This document shows positions 9,126 to 15,017 of a stretch of 64,000 bases of DNA, piece after piece. The stretch lies in IMG/VR virus record IMGVR_UViG_3300005077_000712, positions 25,209 to 89,208 of that record; one strand, written 5' to 3'. Position 1 is the first letter of the stretch. Every line of letters starts with the position of its first letter. Under the pieces are notes generated by a model. The model saw nothing but the letters and a program-made list of their open reading frames with translations. It did not search any database and was not told where the DNA came from. Origin of the DNA: a virus. Its lineage: Duplodnaviria; Caudoviricetes. The position numbers were made by a program, and so were the translations under genes.

Positions 9126-9326
9126 GACATTGCCAAACCCTTTTATGTATTTAATACATTCTTGGAATCCAGCCACAAAATATACTTGTTCCTTTTCTGA
9201 TATATTTAGTCCCTCGCTTATTCTTACTGCAATACCACCTGCTTCATAAATATTTGGCAACGGTCGCCTAACAGGGCGTATATTCAATTTCGCCCTTATT
9301 GCGTTAGTAGTATTACTTGACCTCAT
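9120..9326 (-). CDS. Cassette ORF, hypothetical
   Basis: Starts in attC site 6, crosses the core as NIRPVRRPL, stop is the TAA of the core. Confidence 0.65.
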   Translation of the reverse strand: MRSSNTTNAIRAKLNIRPVRRPLPNIYEAGGIAVRISEGLNISEKEQVYFVAGFQECIKYIKGFGNVA

Positions 9327-9392
9327 AAACTTATCCCTTTAATATGATTATTTCTATCATGCGAAACTAAACATACGCCCCATCAGTTATAT
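9266..9392. other. attC-like site 6
   Basis: Minus strand: ATATAAC TGATG GGGCGTATGTTTAGTTTCGC...GCGAAATTGAATATACGCCC T GTTAGGC; 20-bp stem with 3 G-T pairs. Confidence 0.85.
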
Positions 9393-9400
9393 GACATGGC

Positions 9401-9940
9401 TTAACTCTGGCTCGCCTTCCGTGGCTCGCTTTTTATTATCCTATCAAAACATATTTGTTTCGGCAATAAACCTCTACAAATATAAACACTCGAAAACGGA
9501 GGATTCAAACTCGGTTTTTGTTCTGTATAATCTTTAAAATATGCCACCCTTTTATTAAAATAAAGTATTTCAAAATCATTTGCTTCAAACATAGAAAATC
9601 TTTTTTCAGACTCGAATAATCCTACAACTCCAACAAGCATAGCAAATTTTTTATTCAACTTAAACAGTCTATCAAATACTTCGCCTTTTAAACTATAAGG
9701 AGGATTTGAAATAATAACATCACAATCAATATCAATATTAAAAAAATCATCACCGTTTGAAATATGCGTATTTTTTACGGCATTGCCATTATTCTTTAGC
9801 ATCTTTACAAAGTTACTTTCGTTCGTATCAAATGGACACCATACTGCTAAATTTGAATTTACATATTTCAATAAAGGCTCAATAGCATATTCAGGTGTAT
9901 AAAATTCATCCTGTTTTTTTGTAATTAAGTCAAGTTTCAT
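9401..9940 (-). CDS. Adenine-specific methyltransferase carried as a cassette
   Basis: DEFYTP, VWCPFD, IISNPPYS; GGAGAG RBS before MKLD. Confidence 0.8.
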   Translation of the reverse strand: MKLDLITKKQDEFYTPEYAIEPLLKYVNSNLAVWCPFDTNESNFVKMLKNNGNAVKNTHISNGDDFFNIDIDCDVIISNPPYSLKGEVFDRLFKLNKKFAMLVGVVGLFESEKRFSMFEANDFEILYFNKRVAYFKDYTEQKPSLNPPFSSVYICRGLLPKQICFDRIIKSEPRKASQS

Positions 9941-10007
9941 AAACTCTCCATACGTGTTCGGCATCCTGCCTCACACTAAATATATTTTTTGTTACAATCG
10001 CCACGTC

Positions 10008-10073
10008 ATATAACAACGGGTAAGCGTTCGCTTCACACACCCTTCGGGTGTCGCTTACCCTGTTCAGTTGTAC
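10008..10073. other. attC-like site 7
   Basis: Minus strand: GTACAAC TGAACA GGGTAAGCG ACACCCGAAGGGTGT...CGCTTACCC GTT GTTATAT. Confidence 0.85.
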
Positions 10074-10083
10074 GAAAGACGGC

Positions 10084-10290
10084 TTAACCCCCACCATAAA
10101 CATAAAAACCTTCTGCATCTTTAATCTCTCTCGGCTCAAGCGATAAATCAGCATGGGTATATCCCAACTTTTCAAGAACAAGTTTTCTCGCTTGCTCTGA
10201 ATTTTCAGCATATGCGAAGGCTATGCCTGCTGTATAATCTCTTAATACATTTTCCCATACATATAATTTTAATTTACTTATTGCTTCCAT
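10084..10290 (-). CDS. Cassette ORF, hypothetical
   Basis: 68 aa; GAGG RBS. Confidence 0.7.
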   Translation of the reverse strand: MEAISKLKLYVWENVLRDYTAGIAFAYAENSEQARKLVLEKLGYTHADLSLEPREIKDAEGFYVYGGG

Positions 10291-10348
10291 ACTAAATTAC
10301 CTCACTTTATATTTTACTTTCAATGCGTATTCTCATAGCCTTGAATAG

Positions 10349-10618
10349 TTAGCTAAAATGCTCGCTAACTTCTGCCATTTCAATATCATATTCTAATTCC
10401 ATTTGCTTAGCTCCATACCCATTAGACATCCAGTCTATAATATCTGTAAGTTTAGAAACTCTTTCTCGCAATGCTCGCACTTCAGCTAACACGGTGTCAT
10501 GCGTCATTGATTCCCTACATTTATTACAATATATAATTCCTATTGGATCACCATAATCTTTTCCACATTTAACATAATCGCTATGACAATATCTTAATAA
10601 GGCACCACATCCCTTCAT
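10349..10618 (-). CDS. Cassette ORF, Cys-containing hypothetical
   Basis: GGGAGG RBS and first ~43 codons lie inside the attC-like site at 10484-10666; crosses the core as HDTVLAEVRA; stop is the TAA of the core. Confidence 0.7.
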   Translation of the reverse strand: MKGCGALLRYCHSDYVKCGKDYGDPIGIIYCNKCRESMTHDTVLAEVRALRERVSKLTDIIDWMSNGYGAKQMELEYDIEMAEVSEHFS

Positions 10619-10666
10619 AATATCCTCCCTTGAATATCAACGACGCATACGCAGTCTCAGTTAGGC
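10484..10666. other. attC-like site 8 (long, coding loop)
   Basis: Minus strand: GCCTAAC TGAGA CTGCGTATGCGTC...GACGCATGACACCG T GTTAGCT. Confidence 0.75.
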
Positions 10667-10675
10667 GAAAGACGG

Positions 10676-10912
10676 CTAAACCTTTCGTATTTCAAAATTT
10701 ATTATCGAATATTTAAAATAAGCAATAAACAGTCTATATAATGCTATTATCAATAATTCTGTACTATAGATTCTCCACCCCGGATCGCCAATGTTTACAC
10801 ATAAAACTTGATATTTCCATCCATAACTTTCTCCTTTTAGTCGCCGTCCTTCGCCCAACACTCGGCAAACGCCATGAGTACACAGCGTCTGCCTCAGCAT
10901 GTTAGCAGCCAT
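10676..10912 (-). CDS. Cassette ORF, small membrane protein; start uncertain
   Basis: Open frame GWKYQVLCVNIGDPGW...; the AGGAG-preceded ATG near 10822 is one base out of frame. Confidence 0.4.
   Translation of the reverse strand: MAANMLRQTLCTHGVCRVLGEGRRLKGESYGWKYQVLCVNIGDPGWRIYSTELLIIALYRLFIAYFKYSIINFEIRKV
10853..10907. other. attC-like site 9 (short)
   Basis: Minus strand: TGCTAAC ATGCTGA GGCAGACGC...GCGTTTGCC GAGT GTTGGGC. Confidence 0.75.
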
Positions 10913-11144
10913 TTAAGACAAAAAACTTTTTAGCCTTATCTCTGAACTTGCCAACTCCAGATAATCTTACCATAAAATCATCACCTATGGCTTCAATAAA
11001 CTCACCTTCTTTTAAGTGTGGTTCATCTCCAATCGCACTTTCATAAATCGGATAGAATAAACGGCTGCTAACAGCAGGTATATTCAATGCCGAGCATCGA
11101 GTGTAATCAGAGTTTAGTTTTTCAATCAAGCCTTGTGTTGTCAT
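10902..11144 (-). CDS. Cassette ORF, hypothetical
   Basis: Starts in attC site 10, crosses the core as LNIPAVSSR, stop is the TAA of the core. Confidence 0.7.
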   Translation of the reverse strand: MTTQGLIEKLNSDYTRCSALNIPAVSSRLFYPIYESAIGDEPHLKEGEFIEAIGDDFMVRLSGVGKFRDKAKKFFVLNGC

Positions 11145-11205
11145 ATAATTTTGTATTTCAAATTTGGCACTAAATATACCTGCTCATACGCTTAAAAAGT
11201 TAGCA
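11066..11205. other. attC-like site 10 (same family as site 1)
   Basis: Minus strand: TGCTAAC...AGCAGGTATATTTAGTGCC...GGCATTGAATATACCTGCT GTTAGCA. Confidence 0.8.
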
Positions 11206-11216
11206 GAAATAACCGC

Positions 11217-11396
11217 CTAATCTTTAGTGATAATCTTATATGTATAGTAATCACTATCTTTAAACATATTCATTCTATTCTTATATAAATCTTTTAAAGA
11301 TTGCTCAACTCTTTCTTTTGCTTTCTTGCCACGAAATATTTTATATAATTTATATTCATCAAATGGATTTACTCGTCTTAATATTCTATACTCCAT
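11217..11396 (-). CDS. Cassette ORF, basic hypothetical
   Basis: MEYRILRR... after AAGGAGG. Confidence 0.65.
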   Translation of the reverse strand: MEYRILRRVNPFDEYKLYKIFRGKKAKERVEQSLKDLYKNRMNMFKDSDYYTYKIITKD

Positions 11397-11425
11397 ATAC
11401 TCCCTCCTTTGATGGCGGTTACATC

Positions 11426-11479
11426 CGCTAACATCGAGCAAGCGACATTGAAACGATCACCTACCTTTTTTAGTTAGAC
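11426..11479. other. attC-like site 11 (short)
   Basis: Minus strand: GTCTAAC TAAAAAA GGTAGGTGA...TCGCTTGCT CGAT GTTAGCG. Confidence 0.75.
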
Positions 11480-11483
11480 GTAA

Positions 11484-11651
11484 TTATTCGCCAACTTTTT
11501 CTGATGATTTAGCTCCACCGCACATCCCCATTATCATTGATAATTGTCCTATCATCTGCAATCCAAGTTCTTCATGACTTTTACTTTTCGGTATGCTATT
11601 TATTGCACACTCGCATAACTCAATTATTTTATCATATACATCATCTTTCAT
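11484..11651 (-). CDS. Cassette ORF, hypothetical
   Basis: MKDDVY... after AGGAGG. Confidence 0.65.
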   Translation of the reverse strand: MKDDVYDKIIELCECAINSIPKSKSHEELGLQMIGQLSMIMGMCGGAKSSEKVGE

Positions 11652-11684
11652 TTTAATCCTCCTGTAATAATGGCGAATAACTAC

Positions 11685-11738
11685 GCCTAACATCGGGCAA
11701 GCGACATTAAAACGGTCGCCTGCTCTGTTTAGTTAGGC
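11685..11738. other. attC-like site 12 (same family as site 11)
   Basis: Minus strand: GCCTAAC TAAACA GAGCAGGCGAC CGTTTTAAT GTCGCTTGCCC GAT GTTAGGC. Confidence 0.8.
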
Positions 11739-12209
11739 GAAACGGCTTAAAAATATTTCCATCATTTTGACCGCCTCTTCTCTATCACTGTTTTTTTCTC
11801 CCTCTGATAAATATTTATATTCTGTTTTCATTTGTCTTTTCCATCTATCAACTGCCCACTTCGGAATAACTAAATTTTTCTCTCCGTCTGGTTCTGCTAA
11901 TGTTGGCTCAAGATAAATCTCATAGCACTTGCTAAATAAATACTGCATCCATCCAGACTATTGACTATGCGCAAATGCGGCCAGCTCCTCTTTTAGTTCA
12001 GCCGTATCGCATAACACAGCATTAGACGAAAGAGGCTTTTCGCATTCTACCGCTTTATCCAGTATCCTATTCAATGGATCAGAATAATCTTTATTTTTTA
12101 AATACTCTATATCTTTCTCCATCCTTTCTATTCTCTCTGTTAACGCTCGCACTTCAGCTAACAGAGATATTTGATATAATTTTAAAATAGATTCTCTCAA
12201 ATCATCCAT
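11733..12209 (-). pseudogene. Chimeric cassette ORF interrupted by an in-frame TAG (11958-11960)
   Basis: ORFs 11958-12266 and 11733-11948 are in the same frame: ...AAFAHSQ*SGWMQYLFSKC...; the TAG sits where the family motif HxQWSGWM has Trp (TGG). Confidence 0.65.
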
Positions 12210-12252
12210 ATATTCCCTCCTCAAATTTTCGCATATTCTCAATATGTTGTAC
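12156..12252. other. attC-like site 13 (coding loop)
   Basis: Minus strand: GTACAAC ATATT GAGAATATGCGA...TCAAATATCTC T GTTAGCT. Confidence 0.7.
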
Positions 12253-12262
12253 GAAAGACTGC

Positions 12263-12433
12263 TCAATCTTTTTTATATTTTAATTCTAACTCTTTATAAA
12301 AACTACATATTGCACAACAATCTAACCCACAATCACAAAATGTTCGTTTGCCAGTTTTAATATATTCTTCTTCAATCCAATCTTGATAACAAGCCCAACA
12401 TTCTCCGTGTCCACAACCGCATCTCTTTTCCAT
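12263..12433 (-). CDS. Cassette ORF, 56-aa Cys-rich protein
   Basis: MEKRCGCGHGECWAC...CDCGLDCCAIC; AAGGGGG RBS; not in the ORF track. Confidence 0.65.
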   Translation of the reverse strand: MEKRCGCGHGECWACYQDWIEEEYIKTGKRTFCDCGLDCCAICSFYKELELKYKKD

Positions 12434-12463
12434 TAGCTAACCCCCTTCTATTCGTTGCCCTTC

Positions 12464-12531
12464 GTACAACACTTGCTAAATGCCACTTCGCTACATGGCT
12501 TTGATACGTTGTTTAGCTCTGCATGTTGTGC
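12464..12531. other. attC-like site 14 (same family as site 3)
   Basis: Minus strand: GCACAAC ATGCAGA GCTAAAC...CATTTAGC AAGT GTTGTAC. Confidence 0.85.
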
Positions 12532-12542
12532 GAAATTGCGCC

Positions 12543-12884
12543 TCACTCACTGCTCTTAAAATCTTCTTCTGGACTAAACCAATCGTTGTTAACGATATGA
12601 CCTATCGCATGCACCTTGCTATGCTCGCACTTTACCCGTATTGTTTTACCCTTCAACTGACTCCATTTTGAAACTTCCGCTATCTGCATTACCCTGAAAA
12701 TAAAATGTCCCGCTACAGACTCTAACTTGTAGTGCGTAAAGCTTTTCGGCAAATATAGCGCATACCCTCCAAACCCCTGACCGATCCCGCCATAATTAAG
12801 ATTCACCCACGCAGACAGACACCCGTGGTCATCATTTGTAATTTCCGCTGACTCAATAATCGCATTTCTGATTTCTAATTCCAT
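12543..12884 (-). CDS. Cassette ORF, conserved phage hypothetical
   Basis: NAIIESA...DHGCLSAWVNLNYGGIGQGFGGY; AGGAG RBS. Confidence 0.7.
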   Translation of the reverse strand: MELEIRNAIIESAEITNDDHGCLSAWVNLNYGGIGQGFGGYALYLPKSFTHYKLESVAGHFIFRVMQIAEVSKWSQLKGKTIRVKCEHSKVHAIGHIVNNDWFSPEEDFKSSE

Positions 12885-12929
12885 TTCTAATCTCCTATTA
12901 ATTAAGCAACGCCTCAAATACCATCTCTG

Positions 12930-13568
12930 TTAGTCGGCATTGCTTAAATATTTTTCTAATTCTTTTTCAAGTGCTATTACAATTCTCTCCAAACTTGCTC
13001 TGGTATGCTCCCTGAAATTATCTTCTCGTAACAGTATTTTCATTGTATCAAGTTGAGTCATAAGATGGATAAAATCAACTTGTTCTATCAAAACTTTGCC
13101 TAATAAAGAATCATGAGTTTCAGCTTTCGGCAAATTTTGAGGAATTACTTTATTTATTAAATCTTCTATTCGCTGACATAGTTCTGGTCTATTATCAGCA
13201 TAATCTTCCAAAAGTCCATTTACAATAATTTTTGATACTTCTCTTGAATCTATTTTTTTATCCCCTCTTCTATACTCGTTTAAAAAATCATAGACATCTG
13301 ACATTGATTCAAACTGTTTATGATAATCTTTAAATTTTTCATTAAAAGAATTTAATTGATCTTTTTCACATTGTTTTTCAAATTCAGGATCTTCAAGTTT
13401 TTTAGTATAAAAATCTGTTAGTCCACTACATATACCACATCCACCGTCACCATATTTCCCATGTTCGCACCAACCATTATCTGTTGATAAATCTTTTTCC
13501 TCTTGCATTGCTTTATCTATTCCTTTTTGAACTTTAGATTTATCATATTTTAAATCTTCTATTTTCAT
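12930..13568 (-). CDS. Hypothetical protein; its stop is part of the last attC half site
   Basis: 212-aa ORF ending GCC GAC TAA C. Confidence 0.65.
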   Translation of the reverse strand: MKIEDLKYDKSKVQKGIDKAMQEEKDLSTDNGWCEHGKYGDGGCGICSGLTDFYTKKLEDPEFEKQCEKDQLNSFNEKFKDYHKQFESMSDVYDFLNEYRRGDKKIDSREVSKIIVNGLLEDYADNRPELCQRIEDLINKVIPQNLPKAETHDSLLGKVLIEQVDFIHLMTQLDTMKILLREDNFREHTRASLERIVIALEKELEKYLSNAD

Positions 13569-13572
13569 TTCT

Positions 13573-14661
13573 TTATTGCTTCTCTTCTTTCAATAAAAAT
13601 TCAGGATTAATTACTTTAAAACTTGTAAATGGAAGATCTATACTCCTAAACACAAGCCCTTCTCTATCTTTAAGAGTATTAAGGACACTCTTTCCATAAC
13701 TTTCTTTTACAACACTATTTACATCAGAAAAAATAAATTTTTTTGTATCAATAATTGGAACAAGTTTTAAACCTGTTTCGTCTATAAATCTAATAATTTC
13801 ATTATATTGAAAATATTCATTTTTGTCAATATTAAATACATTAAATATATAGAACTCATTTTCTTTTAACTCATAAGGATTACCTTGAATCTTTGGCCCA
13901 ATAATTTCACCTTGAATGGCAATATTCATTTTATGCTTTTTACTATATTCTTTAAGAATAAAATCAATATTATATTTTTTAGCTATATTAAAATAAGCAT
14001 TATCTTTACTATTTGAAAGATTAATATTTCTTGAAGCAAATCCAAATTTACCTTTATTAAACCAAAAAGAAGAACTCATACCATCAAGTTTTTCAGTTAA
14101 ATAAAATACCCTGTTCTGATTATTCCATATAATAGATGGAATAGATTGTATTCTTGTTTCATCAGTTTTTCTAATAAATGATGGGAATCCCTTCTCTTTA
14201 TCCTCAAAAAATTTAAAATAAATTGTTCTAAATACTTTAAACTTAAAAAAGAATTTAAAGAGTTTAGATTTCTTATGATTAGTATTAAAAGCTGTTTGTT
14301 CTTCAACTAATTGAGGATCATATTTTTTAATACCAAGTATATCAGTAATATCAACACCTTCTTTAGCAACTATTTTAAAGCCACTATCTCTTAATGATTG
14401 AATAGGAATTATAAGTCCCTGACTGATCTGACCACGAAGTTTAATTATTCTAACACGATATTTTCTTTCTTCAAGAAATTCAAACATAGGTATTTGAGGG
14501 ACTATAGAATCAGTCTCCATATAGCAAACAAGATCACCAACATTAAATTCACCTTTTTTAACTACAACTTCCCATCCAAGGACTTGAGCTACTTCAATTT
14601 TATCTGCTCCTTCAATTGGACGTATTGATATTATTTTTTGTATGGTTGCTAATTGTCTCAT
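13573..14661 (-). CDS. RNA ligase, DRB0094 family
   Basis: MRQLATIQKI...IEGADKIE...KLRGQISQGL, TEKLDG, QGEIIG, REGLV. Confidence 0.9.
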   Translation of the reverse strand: MRQLATIQKIISIRPIEGADKIEVAQVLGWEVVVKKGEFNVGDLVCYMETDSIVPQIPMFEFLEERKYRVRIIKLRGQISQGLIIPIQSLRDSGFKIVAKEGVDITDILGIKKYDPQLVEEQTAFNTNHKKSKLFKFFFKFKVFRTIYFKFFEDKEKGFPSFIRKTDETRIQSIPSIIWNNQNRVFYLTEKLDGMSSSFWFNKGKFGFASRNINLSNSKDNAYFNIAKKYNIDFILKEYSKKHKMNIAIQGEIIGPKIQGNPYELKENEFYIFNVFNIDKNEYFQYNEIIRFIDETGLKLVPIIDTKKFIFSDVNSVVKESYGKSVLNTLKDREGLVFRSIDLPFTSFKVINPEFLLKEEKQ

Positions 14662-14663
14662 TT

Positions 14664-15017
14664 TTATACCTCATTTATTATTTCATTTGCAATTAATAAT
14701 GCACATTGTTCACATCTTGTTACTAAATCAATTTTTGATTTATTTATATCAACTTTATACTTTCTTTGGTATTCTGATAAATAAGAAATATCAGGGATTA
14801 TATAAGGACTTTTATGATTCATTCCTCTTCTTAACATTTCTTCTGCTAATTCATCATGTCTTGTTTGCATTGATTCAGGCTCAATTTGACCTAATTCAAT
14901 TCTTTTATTTATAGAGTGCTTTTTCTCGAAGTTATGCTTATGTTTATGAATTTCTCCATGTTCACCAATGAGATGTTTATTACAAAGTAATTTTGGGTCT
15001 ACCATCCACATTCTCAT
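14664..15017 (-). CDS. denV: Pyrimidine-dimer DNA glycosylase (endonuclease V)
   Basis: MRMWMVDPKLLCNKHLIGEHGEIH...RHDELAEEMLRRGMNH. Confidence 0.85.
   Translation of the reverse strand: MRMWMVDPKLLCNKHLIGEHGEIHKHKHNFEKKHSINKRIELGQIEPESMQTRHDELAEEMLRRGMNHKSPYIIPDISYLSEYQRKYKVDINKSKIDLVTRCEQCALLIANEIINEV

Larger units (their letters stand above)
7501..12940 (-). mobile_element. Integron-like gene cassette array of attC-like sites with no integrase in the window (CALIN-like)
   Basis: 14 complete AAC...hairpin...GTT sites and 4 half sites alternate with 56-180-aa ORFs. Cassette ends are mutually complementary. The stretch is more GC-rich than its flanks. Confidence 0.85.

Noticed and set aside
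10215-10345. AGGCTATG/CATAGCCT arms as a complete attC before ORF 10084-10290
   Set aside because: No GTT core follows the putative right arm, so it was counted only as a half site.
11958-11960. Genome-wide TAG recoding
   Set aside because: TAG terminates several well-bounded genes (e.g. 8532, 11217), and long genes are intact in the standard code. This is a single event at a Trp position.
7501-12940. CRISPR array or diversity-generating retroelement as the explanation for the repeats
   Set aside because: The repeats are non-identical and variable in length, and they are separated by whole genes. No cas or reverse transcriptase gene and no template/variable repeat pair is present.
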